DNA of 64,000 bases, taken from assembly GCA_030265395.1 (NCBI GenBank), contig JARFYF010000112.1:15567036-15631035 (forward strand), read 5' to 3'. Both the position numbers and the translations under genes were made by a program. Shown here one piece after another: positions 40,091 through 54,587 of this stretch (positions are counted from its first letter, which is position 1; the number at the start of each line of letters is the position of its first letter). The stretch is from Rhina ancylostomus. Lineage: Eukaryota. The notes beneath the pieces were generated by a model, which did no database searches, was not told the DNA's origin, and was given only the letters and a program-made list of their open reading frames with translations.

Positions 40091-42152
40091 CTGCACAGAG
40101 AGTTGTTCAGTGAGTAAAAAATGTTAATAGATAAAGACTGGTATACAGGAAGTGGCAGATTCTAATTCCAAGTGTCCACAAGTGTCAAAGTGCATGGGGA
40201 AATGAATATGTCCTTTCAGTACCAGGCCTAAATCTGAATAGTTTTGATTCAATTCCTCATGAACATAAAACTTCCCTGAAAGTTAGTTCAATTTACTTTA
40301 ATTCACTGTTTCCTTTTTTTTAAATGTCATTCTGATTTGATGAAAGAGGCTTAAATACATTTACTATCTAATGAAGAGTTTTATAAGTCAGCTGGTTTGT
40401 AATATTACTAATTAAAAGGATTGCAATAAATCAGTTCAAAGAACTTTCAACCCTGTTTTGATACCAACAAATGTACACAATACTATATCACACTTCACCA
40501 CACTACAGTATCAAAGATTGCAGGTTTTCTAAAGACGGCACTATGTAAAATGAATAATGCTACAGAGNNNNNNNNNNNNNNNNNNNNNNNNNNNNNNNNN
40601 NNNNNNNNNNNNNNNNNNNNNNNNNNNNNNNNNNNNNNNNNNNNNNNNNNNNNNNNNNNNNNNNNNNNNNNNNNNNNNNNNNNNNNNNNNNNNNNNNNNN
40701 NNACAGAACAATCAGGAAGCCATAACTTAAGAGCATCTGATCTCCTGCTCTACTGCTGGACTCAAATGTCTCAAAATGAGTGACTGGATACCCTTCATAT
40801 CCAGGCCTTTACCTTTACACCAGCTAAAGCTGGCATCTTCAACATTGCCCCATTCATTTGAATGGGGTGGCTGATCCAGATGGAAAAGTGGTGTGCTTTT
40901 CTCTATAATTAATGATTTTAACTAACTTGCATAAATTAAATGGGCTTTCTAAATTATAATAAATTTACTTACCCATTTCAGTTCAAAAAGTCATGTGTAT
41001 TTTCATATGCACAAGTACATGTTTGCACAGGTGCAATGAAAAACTTGCATCAGCATCACAGGCATATTGCATCAGAGGTACAACATTCACAAGAAAAACA
41101 TAAATTAAACATAAGTTGTTGTTACATCATCATCTGAGACAACTGAAAAGGCCTTTAACGGATCTTAAAAATCCATTAGAACAGCCCAGTAATGGAACAC
41201 CAGGTTCTACCTCTTGAGGCATAGTCACCGTGTAAAAGATAGCTGGGAATGCAAGGGATAATGATGACTGGCAATGTAAGGGTTAATGATATGCTTCTCA
41301 TTGACAGCTTCTTCTCATGGTAAAGAATTACCTCAGCCATGGGGTGACCATAGATATGGATGGGTTTGAGGCCAGGTGTGGGTAAGAAAGGCATAGTTAT
41401 TTTAGACATATCTTGTTTTGCTAAAGCTTGCTGTAAGCAATTGCCATAGTAAGTGCAACTTCCCAGTGGGTATAATAAGTACACATTAACTGAGGCATCT
41501 TTGAGTGGGATCAGAACAGAGCTCGGTTTACACTGTTTCTATGGTTTACTCTCTCTCTCTGTATCCTCCACTCCCGCTACCGTTAACTAAGCATTGCTCG
41601 TAAGTTCTTTGGTTCTGCTGTTGTCTGATTTATTACAGAGCGTGGGTCAACTTTCACAACTGCTTGCAGAATTGTCTGCTTTTTGGTGTAGTCATAGCAA
41701 CGAGGCATTGAGCTCATTTGGACCCATGGGATTGCAAATGTTTGGTGCAACTGTGGAGATAGTGCAGTGGGAAAAGTTACAGGCTAGTTCAACCTTGATT
41801 TGGATCTATAGTTAGTTATATCTTTGGAAATTAGTAAACCCTACCAAGAAAGAGTATACAAAACAACTGTAATTTATTTCATCGCAATGGGGACACTTTG
41901 CTTAAAAAAAGAGTGAAACGTTACAACTAAATGAAGAGTATAGCAATGTGAGTGGAGTTAATATGTAATGTTCAAGGCAGAGTAAATAGTGAAAAACTAG
42001 GTCAATTGACAGGATAAATGAGTTAAAACAAGTAATAAGGTTGTGTAAGCTGGATTATTTAACAGAAGTTTGAAAATAGAATAAGGAAAGTAATAGTTTG
42101 CAAAACAAAGGATTTTTCCAATGCTGTTTTACACCACCCAAGTCTGCCTTAC

Positions 42153-42296
42153 CAATCCTAAAGTCAATGTAGCCTTCTCCTCCACTGAGGACCAAAACAG
42201 GCTGCAGTTTCCTCTCCTCTTGCTCAGGTGCAGTAGGTCCTGGGTTCTCTGTAGGGCTGTCTAACACACTGCCATTCAAGGTTGCAAGAACATTAC
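42153..42296 (-). CDS. MAPK8IP3: MAPK8IP3 exon ((G)[47 protein letters not shown])
   Basis: gttctgatag acceptor, gtaagg donor, 144 nt, phase 1-1; JIP3-specific [14 protein letters not shown] and [10 protein letters not shown]. Confidence 0.96.
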
Positions 42297-42763
42297 CTAT
42301 CAGAACAAGCCACAGATACCATAAAAAAAACAGTAATGGAAAACAGCTTCCAATTCAGCATTCTACGCTTAAGTTGAATACAAGATGCAGATAACTCATA
42401 ATTTATCATTTTAATTCTGGGAATCTGAAGTTGTTGTGCTCCCAGGGGTGCTGGATGTTAAGTAAGTTCTTCTTGGAATCCCGTGTAACCGGCAGGTTCA
42501 AAGTGCAGGGTTTTTCAATCCCTCTTCTGCAGGCATGCTCATCTCATTCCAAATCTTGGGGACAGCATTGTTATCATAAAAGGGGCTGTGTCCACACCAA
42601 AGGAGTGAGGGGAAGCAGAATTTCATGGCATTCATTACCCATCATAATGTACTGAATCACTCAACTTTTCTATATTGGGTTAAAAAAGCATAGGAAGTGG
42701 GTATTTCAAAAGTGTTTTTCAGTGTTAAACAGTGGAAAAGGGAGGTTGGTACCAGGAATTTAC

Positions 42764-42946
42764 CTGGCACAGATGCAAAGAATTTGACAGCATCCCTGTG
42801 TCCATGGAAACAGAGCTGGGCTTGAGCCATGGAGCAATATGGGATGAAGCTGCCAATTGAGGCCTTGTCACTGCTTTCATCTGCATATACACGAATCAAT
42901 CCACCAGGACGGGTTCCTTCACTGCCAGTTGGTGATGTCTTATTTG
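42764..42946 (-). CDS. MAPK8IP3: MAPK8IP3 exon ((A)[60 protein letters not shown])
   Basis: ttgttgcag acceptor, gtaaat donor, 183 nt; [24 protein letters not shown] motif. Confidence 0.96.
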
Positions 42947-45629
42947 CTGCAACAAATGCATCAATTGTACAATTTTAGAATTAAACCAACTTCTAAGCAG
43001 TTGAAAAGGACAGTGATTTACAATACATTGAAACCTGTTTTGATTACAATGGAAATGTAAACCATCATTAATATTAAACATGTCTGGGTATCAACAAATA
43101 CTCAATTTCCTTCCTAAAATTTCAAATATTCAGCAACTCTTTCACTAATATTCAATAAAACCGATAGTGATGATACAAATAACCTGAATTTTTCAACTCT
43201 TTAAAAATGAAAATTAGCAGCAAAGAAAAACCAATATCTTTGACTAAGAAAGTGAGACAAAATAACAGATGTAAATCTAGACCATCAGTCTAATGCCAAT
43301 TATAGACAATAAAGTTAAAGTTAGTGACAATCTGGAAATGTATGGAGTAAAAAAGAACAGGCAGTAGGCACTCATTAAAAGCAAAGTCATTACATTCATT
43401 AAAGATTGAACATATTGAAGGGATACTATCAGGGAATGCTGTAAGTGTAGTGAATTTTCAGGGAGTTTGATATGGTATCTGACAAGAAGCTTGTCAGAAA
43501 AAGAAATCAGACTTCTATGAAAGGAAATGTAGCAATGTAGAATGAATTTTGGTTTATAGTCGGGAAACTGGGTAATTAAGCGAAATTTGAAGAATAATTG
43601 ATAAATTATGTAAAAGGTCATATTTGATCAGAATAGGCATTTTACCATGACTTAGTTTGTTAATTTATTGCTTTACATAAAGTTATTTTAAGCAAATGGA
43701 TGAACTAGTATGTTTACAAGATTAATGCTGTCTATAAGGTCATGGTTACTAGATCTTTTTATGAAAGACTCAGTTTTACTGAAATATTCAGGTTTCATTG
43801 TAGTGTTAAATGCATAACAGATACTGTTATTCAAAATGGTGCAGTTCACACTAACATGCAACATGCAAAGAGATGGCAGAGAAACCTCCAAGAGCCCCAT
43901 ATGATGTACAGAGAATTCACTATGGACACCACTAGGTATACATCAATACATGCGGTCAGTTCAGGGAGCATCTCTAAACCTCATGCAGACCATGGGTAAC
44001 TTCAATTTCCTTTACTTTTCACATTTGCACTACACAGAATGATTTAAAAACTAACTGGTGATAAGTAAAACTGCACATTACTGTGAACTTTAGTTTTTGC
44101 AGTTTTTCAAAGGCAAGGTTAGGTGATATTTGATAGATATTTCTATGAATTCTGTAGATAAAATGAAGTCTGAAAAATGTACAATCTTAATGCTCTGATA
44201 TCCTTGGAACCAGTAGCTGAACCTGGAAAAGTACAAAAATACTTAATTCTTTCTACTTTGCAAAACTGCTCTTTAGTAAATGATCCAAACATCTACTCAA
44301 TTCCATTTGCTTTCTGAAATTTGGAGATGCTCCCTCAGAAAGCATCATCAGACCATGAAAGAACATGAACATCGTTGACACTACAGCCATGTTCTCTCTA
44401 TCTTTGTTCTTAGTGTTTGTAGACAGAAAATCTATTGGCCCTAAATTCTGGCCTTTTGCCCGCAGCCACACACTGTTCTGTCTTCTATCGTGAATCTTGA
44501 AAACACTGATGCAAGAGAAGGATGGTGTGGCAGTAATGTTGGAAATGACTGTACAATGATGAGCAAAGGGCATTGCAAATCTTCCCAGCAGGCTGGAAAA
44601 GAATGGTCACCTTGCATTAAGGAGCCATCCAAAAGATACCAAAACACTATGAGGAATTCAGGATTAATCCTAGTTACAGTTCAAGAACAGGTATGCCCAA
44701 CCACTGTTGGCTTTTTTCCCCCCAAATCCAAACAGAATGGCCCTGCCGTGTATGAAGGAACAGGTGCATGTCCGGAGAATTACGGGAGGCAAGTACCTCC
44801 TAACCACTAGGTCTGGTATTGGGATCAAAGCACCAAGGAAAAATACTAACTAATAACTGAGAAAATCCACAGCATACAATCCAGCCTACCAACGGAGAGT
44901 CCAGCTGGGCACTAAAAATGGAATGGGTGGAATTATGAAGCCCTCTGATGCGACAATATAACTATCACCATATGATAAATTAATAACTCGTCAAACATTA
45001 AATGGACCTCCTTGAAGTATTAATTTAATATATTTTTTTCTTTTTTGGGAAAATTAATGTTTTTTCAACCTCATCACCAAACAATCTCAGAGAGTTTCCA
45101 TTATATTCATTTCAATGCCAGATATGCAACTTTTAAGGCCCATTTGCCTACAGTTAACCCAAAATATGCAGGTTCTCTCTCAGTCTAGGTCAGGTAAAAT
45201 CTGCCATTGATTGAATCGAATCCAAAGTAAACTTTATTACTGTTCCGAGCTATTGGTTTGATCTTTTTCATCCTATTCTTTTTCCTGCCTTTCACTCCAA
45301 ACTTTAGAAGAACTCTACAATCTGATTCTGCAACCCTTTACATCTCTCACTGCTGTCACATGATCTCTTTGAGATTGTTCAATTTCATGCAAATTTGGGA
45401 TAAAACCAAGGGGAGTTTTAGAATCAGATGACACATAACCCTTAAAAATAGCTAAAAGAAAGATTTCAATACAGGCGCTCCCAAGGTGAACACAGTATCA
45501 TGAATGATTGGACTTCAGCATGGTTTTACATTTGAACTACCTGACCACTGAGTACAGTATTATTAATGCCACTTTACAACTTAAGTTTCAAGTTGTAATG
45601 ACCCAAGTTGTAACTTGAAACTTGAAAAT

Positions 45630-45960
45630 GTATATTTTCTGCATTTATATAACACCTTAATGCATGAATCAGAGCAAATGATTATATTTGAACTATTCTG
45701 ACTGACCAAAGATAAATGACCAAGATGATAATTTTTAATGATACTAGTTGAATGGGAATGCTCTTCTCCTCCAATATGGGCAATACTTTTGCTTTACATC
45801 TTTATCAAGAATGAGACAAGTGTGAATGCAGCACTCCTTTTGCACTACAATGCAGATCACCAGGCAAAGGCCCTATTTCATTAACCACAAGAACCAATAC
45901 CAAAAGCACAATCCTCAGACCCAAATGCAAAAGTATTGCCTGCCAAATCAGCCTGATGTT
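45630..45960 (-). mobile_element. Degenerate DeuSINE
   Basis: ctgcatttatataacacctt tail and tgcagcactccttttgcactacaatg Deu-domain in reverse orientation. Confidence 0.5.
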
Positions 45961-46129
45961 TCTATCTATATNNNNNNNNNNNNNNNNNNNNNNACTGAAG
46001 CTATCCTGAAAATGAGTAGGGTAAAGAGATGCAGTGGTAGTTGATTAAAATAACTTCACTGAGATTTTAAGATGTGGATGGGGAAAAAAGCTGCCCAAAG
46101 ACACAACACAATTAAAGATAACTGCACGA

Positions 46130-46490
46130 GTCACAGAGTCAGAAAGAGATTGCAGCACAGAAACAGAACATTTGGCTCACCAAGTCCATGCCAACCATCA
46201 TCAACCCATTTACAATAATCACATATTAATGCTTTTGTTTTTAGAAAGCTCTTCCAACATTCTCATCAATTCCCCCAAATTCGACCACTCACAAACACAC
46301 TAGGGACAGTTAACAGTGGTCAATTAACCTACCAACCCGCATATGTTTGGGATGTGGGAGGAAAATGGAGCAACCAGAAGTCACAGAGAGAACGTGCAAA
46401 CTCCTCAGATAGTACCAGAAATCAGTATTGAACCCAGGTCTCTGGTGCTGCAAGGCAGTGGCTCGACTACCAGTATGTTGCCCCACTGAG
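46130..46490 (-). mobile_element. V-SINE/HE1-like SINE
   Basis: tRNA head (agagacctgggttcaat), V-domain gagtttgcacgttctc, CR1-like tail. Confidence 0.75.
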
Positions 46491-47249
46491 TACTTGGAGA
46501 GCAATGCTTGCTCGATAGCACAGGGCTATGGATCAAGAGTGGGGAAATGGGATAATTCTATGACTGAGCTATTGAAGGGAAAGTCTACTTAAGACAACAA
46601 TGAAGTACTTACTAAACCTGTTGTTAAAAGTAGCACAAAATTGACCACATGGTAGGACAACTACTGAATGACCACAAATTACAATTATTCTAAGATTTCC
46701 TTTTTAAATGAAGTTAAACAGCCAAATAGGTTAGTAATAACTTAGATAAGCATTGTTAGAGGAAGTTGAAAAATGCATCTGTCAAGATGAATTCCCAATG
46801 AAGATTAGAGAGCATCATTAAGCTTTAGCTTAAGTAGTGCAATATTAATGTTAAGCTAAATGGTTTTCAATGATTTAGCACCTAAAGCTATCCACTTGTT
46901 AAAAGAATTCACTGCTTAGAACTTTTCCCCTTAGTTATTCTGCTCTTCACACGTCCATCTTTACTGTTCATAGTTCATGCAATCTGTTCATCAGCATCTG
47001 TCTATATGACTGTTTGGTAGAGAAACATCAGCCTAGGATTATCCAGTGATCAACTTTCTCCTACTCCTCCATTTAGTATTTCCTTGATCAGGACTGTAAC
47101 ATCAGAAACTGGTGCAGGGGCATAGTTCAAGTAAACTCATGCCCTACAACTCTGCAATCTGTTTCATTGAAGGTACCCTTTAATGCAACATACTTGACCA
47201 CCATTTAAATACTTGGAAATTACTCTACAGAATGGAAATTATTTTAACC

Positions 47250-48000
47250 ATAGAAGATTATGAATTACTTTACTCAACTAATACAGAGACTTGTATTTCA
47301 TTGTGCTTGAACTCTCTTATATCTCAACTACAACCGTAACAACATTGTCAAAAAACACACCAGATTTCATATGTTCACCAATTATATCCTGCTCTACCTC
47401 ATCGTCATCTCCGCACCTCCCCGCCTCAAACTAAGTCCATTCTCACCTCTATTTCTCTTGCTACTAAATGTTCAAGCCTGAACCAAATGGTTCACAAATC
47501 TGCAATGTACTTAGCCCCAAAGAGTTTATGATCACATATTCACTCCATCATGAAGAATGCTTATCATCTCTGTCTCCACTTTGAGTATCTGTAGCACAGC
47601 TCTTAACTATGCCTATGTTACCTCTATTCTCCACTTCAACACTACATCTATTTGAACTATCTTGATCTCTTTTACTTCCTAATTCTAATCTGCTCTATTC
47701 ACCCATCATCTCGTTGGTTGCTGACCTCCATCAGCTCACCAAGGCATTGATACCCAATACTTTGATGTAACCATTCTCATTCTCTTGTTCAAAGACAATA
47801 CCTTGATGGTCCTTGTCCCTCCTGGCCATGGACCATCCTGTCTACAGTTGCCTCTGTCGTAAACTCTGGAATTCTCTCCACAAACCCAACTGTCTCTCCA
47901 CTTTATTCTGATCCCTAAGATGCCCTCAAAACCAGTGTGAATATTGAAACAGGTTTCACCATGTTGGATGTTTTAAAAAAAACTTTGACATAAATGTACC
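47250..48000 (+). mobile_element. L2-type LINE 3' fragment
   Basis: SPIISLVADLHQL and ILILLFK-like translations; ctctggaattctctcc. Confidence 0.5.
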
Positions 48001-49087
48001 CAATAGTCCTAATGTTCATCTAGGGGATATTGGCCATCAGAGCTGTTGATAATTAGTTCCAGTGAGAAAAAAAAGTGGCCTGGAGTGATGGACTATTAAG
48101 TGCTCACTTCAACCACAAATTTGGATATTTCCATTCAATGGTTTAATTCCCTTAACCAAGAGGATGAGATAGATTGAAGTTTTGCATTATTTCATAACCT
48201 ACAGCTGGCAGATTAGTTTAAGGCAAGACAGCATTCCATGGCTGCCATTAATGGTGCCCTACACTTAATCATAAGAGATATGGTGGGGGACCTGCCCATG
48301 CCATTTGTTCCCTCTCCAAGTAGGGTCACCACCGGCATATTTATGCATCACACACACAAGAAAAAAGTTGGAGAATTCCATTTCCCAACTAAGCTGACAT
48401 TTGACGTTCCAAAATATGTTAATAACTCAGACCCTTCACTACCTGACAGGGATATACTTGTTCTACTACATATTTACTTAGCTCACATGTAGTTAAAACC
48501 ATCTGAACAACAGATTATAGCAAAATCCTACCTGGCTTTTGCCTTCCAAGAAAAATTAGTTACTATAGATCAAAGAAATCAAATTGAGTCTGATTTTCAC
48601 CAAATGATTGCCTATTTCATTTTTAACATACTACCACTAATAACTACAACAATATTGTACTTTCTAATGTTAAACATTAGCTTAACCTACAAAAACAAAA
48701 TGAACCACAAACTGCTTCCTAATCTAGATTAATCCATTTCAATTGAAAGTTTTAGTCTAATTCAGATAAATTAGCACCATGTGAACCTGCAGGCTTTTAG
48801 CCAAGTCAGTATTTCCTGAAAATAATTTGATTATATTTTCCAGTTTAGGTAGTAGAGAAAGAATGTATTTTCACTTTTAATCCAATATGCTTTCCAAAGG
48901 ACTAAGTGATAAAAATGAACACGAGATTTACAAGTTTGGTTTGAATGAAGAATTTATCACTAAAATACGAGTGCAAAATCCACAACTTGACAAATGAGAA
49001 GCAGGCAGGATGTGTGAGGCATGATGGAAAAACTGATATTTTAAAAAGTATGACACATCTAAAACAAACATCAGCTTTTGAACTTAC

Positions 49088-49126
49088 CCCTGAACCCCAA
49101 CAGTTGACCTCGGTGCAAAACTACAG
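49088..49126 (-). CDS. MAPK8IP3: MAPK8IP3 39-nt exon ((T)VVLHRGQLLGFR)
   Basis: Long pyrimidine tract ending cctccag, donor gtaagt; phase 1-1; matches the JIP3 segment TVVLHRGQLLGLR. Confidence 0.93.
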
Positions 49127-51019
49127 CTGGAGGAGGGAAGGCAGAAGAAGAGATTCAGAGAGGGAAGGATGGAGGGAAGGCAAGTGCAGATAACACAAAG
49201 TTATTAATGGGAGAACCAAGGGGACAGGAAGGGATCCAAGGTGGTCAGGTGCACTACGCTCACTGATTATAAATATACTCTGATAAAGTAATATCATTTC
49301 TTAAATAATACATCTCCATAATGCATCATTGATTCAAATTATCGAATAGGAGATCTATTTTGCTAAAATATCAAATTATCCCCATATAAACAGTGAATTT
49401 TAATCATGTACTACAGAGTATAGATGTATTACTCTCGTCTGTCTAACTGAGCTGATCTTGGCTCTGGCAGTGGTGAAGGCATTGTAACAGACTTCAGAAC
49501 TTTGGATGAGGAAGAGAAAACAGCCAGGCTTTCTAGTCCTGATCACATGCATCAACAGCAGGAGTTGTTGCATGGTAAAAGCTAAGAACACAGCCAGCTA
49601 GCCTCCATCTATGCCTTTTGGCCTCAACTATCCATTTCGGTCACGTACCACAGAATGCCTGTGGAATCACAAACCAGGGAGAAATCAATTGTCTTTGGAA
49701 GAGAAAAAGTGGAAGGGGAAGGTAAAAAAACTGGCAGAAAATGGGGACTAAAGGATATTTTAGAATGCAATCAAGTCTGTGAACATGCAAACATGACACA
49801 AGTAAATAATTCCATTGTAATACTTCCACTATTATTCACTTCAAATAAGGATCCTGACAAGAAACTACAGTACACTATTCTCAAAGCTGATCCAAAATAT
49901 TTAATTCAAATCTACTATTTCCATTACCTACGTATTAAGTCAACATTTCCAGTGCACAGGTGTACTGGAGGCTTCCTAATCTTAAAGACCTGCTTCTCAT
50001 CTGAATCTTATTTGTAACTGAGCTACCAAAGCCAGATGCCTGACCTGACCTCTTGCACCTTTGATTCATCAGAACTTTCCAAGTGGTATTTGAATTAATT
50101 TCAAAAAATATATTTTTATTGGTAACCCTTTGGCAATTGCCATTATTATAGACATCAGTGTTCAACCTCTTTGCAGAAGGATGAGAAGCCCAGGGAATCA
50201 CACAGAAAACAATAGACTAATTAAGAGCAAGGTTTTGCAAGCAATATTTTCATTAGATATATTTGTGATTGTGAAGCTTAAGGAAGGATGAATCTAATGA
50301 CCCTCAGTCAGTTCACACATCAGTTAAATTGTTTGAAAGATGCAGGCGTATATTTCAACTCTCCATTTCCACCATTTGGTCTACATTTAAAACACTGAAG
50401 TTTAGGATGTGTTCTGAAATTGCAACGTTCTGAACTTTACATTAGTGCATCAGATGATGCAGATAATTTGCTTGCAATATTGCACCTGGTATCCAATAAC
50501 TATTGATCCTTGATGCCAAGGCATTGTCCAAACTTTACAGATTACTGATCCCCTCTGCCCCAAAGGCATCATTTCACTCTGTCATAACAAACAATAACAA
50601 GCATGGTCCTTGCATTTATTGAGTGGAATATTATTCCTGCTAGTTTTTGTAATAAAGTATACTTCAGTGACTCTAATTAGTTGATAGTATGTTGAATATC
50701 TATATGATTGGCAGAAGGTGCAGGGCAGAGTGTTTTAGATTCTTAGACATTGGGATTGGTTCTGGGAAGATGGAACCTATACAGGACAGGCAGCAACTCA
50801 ACAGAGCTGGGACTAATATCCCCATAGACTGATTTGCTGATCCTGTTTAGCGAGGTCAAATTAACCTTTCAAGAGGTTGGGAAGCTGAAATTAGATTCAA
50901 AAGGGAGAAAAGCTGAGGTGGAAATGGAAGGCAGAAAATTAATGAACGATGCAGAACAATCAAAGGTTGGAAGAGAAAAGACTGGCTTTGCTATATTGTA
51001 TTTGCCTGAATGAACAGAG

Positions 51020-51690
51020 TAGTTAAGGCAGATGAGTTAAGGACTCTAATTTGCATTTAAGAAAGTGCAACAAGGCAAAGGAATGCACAATAAATTGGAA
51101 GTTATGTGGAGGTGCCAGAACAAAGAACCCTTGGTATGCATGTCCACAGATCTTTAAAGGGTAGAGGCACAGGTTAATAAGATGGTTAAACAGGCATAGA
51201 GGATATTTTCTTTCATTAGCCAAGACAGAAAATCTAAGACTTGGGATGTTTTGCTTAAACTGTACATGACATTGGTTAGGCATGTTAGCCACCTTCTTGC
51301 AGCTACCGTTGGGCAGGAAGTACAGAAGCCTGAAGTCCCACAACACCAGGTTCAAGAACAGCTACTTCCCTTCAGTGATNNNNNNNNNNNNNNNNNNNNN
51401 NNNNNNNNNNNNNNNNNNNNNNNNNNNNNNNNNNNNNNNNNNNNNNNNNNNNNNNNNNNNNNNNNNNNNNNNNNNNNNNNNNNNNNNNNNNNNNNNNNNN
51501 NNNNNNNNNNNNNNNNNNNNNNNGGAAAGAAACCCTCATCATATTTAAAAAAGCATTTGGATGTGTTCTTGAAGAAATATGACTTGCAGGGCTATGGGCC
51601 CTGTGATGGAAGGTGGAACAGGTTGAGAAACCATTTTTCAATGACATGAACACAATGGGCCAAACCACCACATTCTTTGTCATAATTTTT
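51020..51690 (+). mobile_element. CR1 fragment interrupted by a Rex1/Babar 3' end
   Basis: CR1 …LKLYMTLVR, then FLQLPLGRKYRSLKSHNTRFKNSYFPS (Rex/Babar C-terminus), a gap, then the CR1 tail. Confidence 0.65.
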
Positions 51691-54473
51691 CCATGATATA
51701 ATTGACAACATCCTTGTCAGTTGATATTCATTTTTACATTACTGAGATACAAAGATACAAAGAGAAGAATTCTTTGAAATTAAGGATATTTTCATCCTAT
51801 TTTATCCAGCTACACTATGAATAAATCTAGACCTGTAATCTGGAATGCACTTGGCTTTGTTCAGGCAACCAGTGACATTAGAAGGATTTCACATCAAAAT
51901 TCTGAAAAGCAGTCCGTCAGTCACAACCAGTCAGTATCGGTTAGTGCAAGCAGCCCTCCTTTTAAGCAACTAGCACAAAGCAACCTTTTGTTAAAATAAC
52001 TGTACGTTATAAAAGAAGGAATCAAGATCATTGTTAATAACATGAAAAGGACACACACAAAAACTGCAAGCACACAATTATACATCAACACACAAATGCA
52101 TGCTCACATGCACATGCTCACATACAAGAAACTCCTGTATTAGCAACCTTTAATCAAACTGCATTGAAATAATTAATCATTTTCTTACCCTCAAACTCCC
52201 ATTTTGTTTTTTATATATGCTTTAGAATACTAATAACTTACCAAAATTACACTAGTACTTAAATGGGATGTTATGAACTGTGCTCCTGCATTTATAGCCA
52301 CATATAAATTAACCAGAGTATAACATGTAACTGACATACTTTACTCAAACCAGCTGGGTTGTGAGATTAGGTATCTTTAATTACTGTGAAATAAGTTTAC
52401 CTATGACTTTAAGTTAATGGTTTGGAATTTGCTTTACAAAAAGCATTTGAATCATACTGTTTTATTATTATAAAAAATGCAGCAACCTGTGAACGGTGAA
52501 TCATTGTGGAACTTTGCCAAACCCTCATTTTATCCTACCTAACAGTCTACCAAGTTTCTGCATTTGTTCATTAACATTGAATTAATTTACTCAACTTTTC
52601 AATTCATCTGTTGCTCACACAATTTTTCAATTACTTTTGTTAAGCAGACACACTGTTGGGTCTCATCATTCAGCAAGACCCAAGATGCCCTGTGATACTC
52701 ACTGTCAGCTGACAGTTCCAGCCACTTACAAGGCAAAAGTGTTGGAAAATGTTTAACTAGCAGCCACTAAAGGAAATGCCCTCCTCCAGAAAATTTCAGC
52801 CAAATGCAACTACAATTTATTGAATTTGGTAAATTGCCCTGCATTTGTTATGGTGAATTGGTGATGTTTCTTAGCAACATGAAGTGATTGTTCAGATCAG
52901 AATTGGCTCAGTTCTATATGAATATTGTATACCTAGAGGATGGTCCTAAGATTGGTCATGCGGTTGAGTGGGGGGAGAAGAAGAACTTTCAACTTGAGGG
53001 TATAAATGGCAAGTGGAATTTAATCCAAAGAACTAAGGCAAAACATTTGGGGAGATGCAACAAAACAAGCACATGTACAGTAAATGGCAGGATAATGGTG
53101 TGGAGAAACAGAGACACTTTGACTGGTACATCCACAGATCCTCAAAAGCAGCAGCACAAGGAGATAAAGCATATGGGATTCTTTTTTTAAAAAATCAGAA
53201 ATGTATTCCGCAGTTGTTAGTATTCACAGCTCGAGGACTTTGTATAATTCTGGTCACGTTACAGGAAGGACACAAATACACTGGAGAGGGTACAGAGGAT
53301 ATCCCTTTGCAGTTATGTGCCAATGGATGAAGTGGCTGTGAGGGTTTGTCCCGAATGCCACCTCAGGCCAGGCCACCCAGGCAGGTTAGCCTGATGTGCC
53401 GGGGAGTCAGTCGGGCACCCACCACCAATTTGCAGGGATGAGACCCATGTTCATAAGCCCTCAAGTCCTCCAGCTGTCTACACACACATAACTTCAACTG
53501 CCGTTCTCTGGTTTTTGATGCAACAGAGATGATAGTCATCCTCATCCTTGTTGATCACCATTCCAAATCTGAGCAGCCGTCCCTAACTAGCAGGGAGAGG
53601 CAGTGTTAACTTTAACCCAAACTATAACAATCCAGACTTGGAATAGTTCAAACCAGATTCAGAGCCAAGCCAGATCAGAGGTCATAACATTTACCTTCAT
53701 GGCCAGCTCCAAAACACAACTTGACATCACTAAACTGAATTCATTAATCTGTTTTTTTTAAACTCACAATTAATCATGATTCATTTTGTCTCAATTGGTT
53801 GGCAACCCTAGTTAATAGTCTACAAAATATTTTTTTTAATAAATGTATTATTTTAAAGCACTAATTTGTAGACAAAGTTTTTATATTTAATAATTAACTC
53901 ATTTGTAAATGGCAACAGATCAACTCTTCTTTGATAGCTCTCATGCATAACACATGCAGGTATTGGGATCACCACCGTGTTGTTTTGACTGCTGAGTTAA
54001 ATCAGCATGTTCTGCTCATCCATGCATATTCCCACGTGTAAACCTGCAATGTACTGATAAACATAATTCAAAAAACTGCAGGTGACATCTTCTGCATTTT
54101 GGAAAGGTTCCATCCATGAAAACAGCTATGTTATCAGTAATCTTTAGACCTGTAACTATTAATGTACTGGCAGCACCTGTTCATAAATGTGTAAGGATGA
54201 TATAAATACAATATTTAAACAAAATACATATACAATGTCAAAAATGTACAGGTACAAATTAATCCAGTGGAACATTTCAGTGTTCAAGAGATACTTCTGG
54301 GAGTAAATAATAACAGACAGGAAACACTTTCATACTCTGTGTTTCCATCTTCTATTCGGTGATGTAATTTTACTGCAGTCTGGCATAGAAGAAAAAGATT
54401 TCTTGTAAACCTGATGCATTCAAGTAACATTCAAAATCCCCATTACTTTCCAGATTAGACATTGTCAACTTAC

Positions 54474-54587
54474 TTTCTGTCAATGGGATAGAGATAACGA
54501 CTCCATTTCCAGTTCCTACCCAAAGCCGATTTCCACCAATAAGCAAAGCTGTAATCCGCACAAAAGAAAATCCCAGTTTGCCGGTTC
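54474..54587 (-). CDS. MAPK8IP3: MAPK8IP3 exon ((G)[37 protein letters not shown])
   Basis: tgtcag acceptor, gtaagt donor, 114 nt; JIP3/JIP4 C-terminal WD40-like domain. Confidence 0.96.

Noticed and set aside
41170-41780. Possible LINE ORF1/endonuclease remnant (also an RT-like tract at 44300-44900)
   Set aside because: Motifs are too decayed to classify by eye.
46400-46490. tRNA gene-like A/B boxes (also at about 29300 and 15130)
   Set aside because: These are SINE heads followed by V-domains; no complete cloverleaf.
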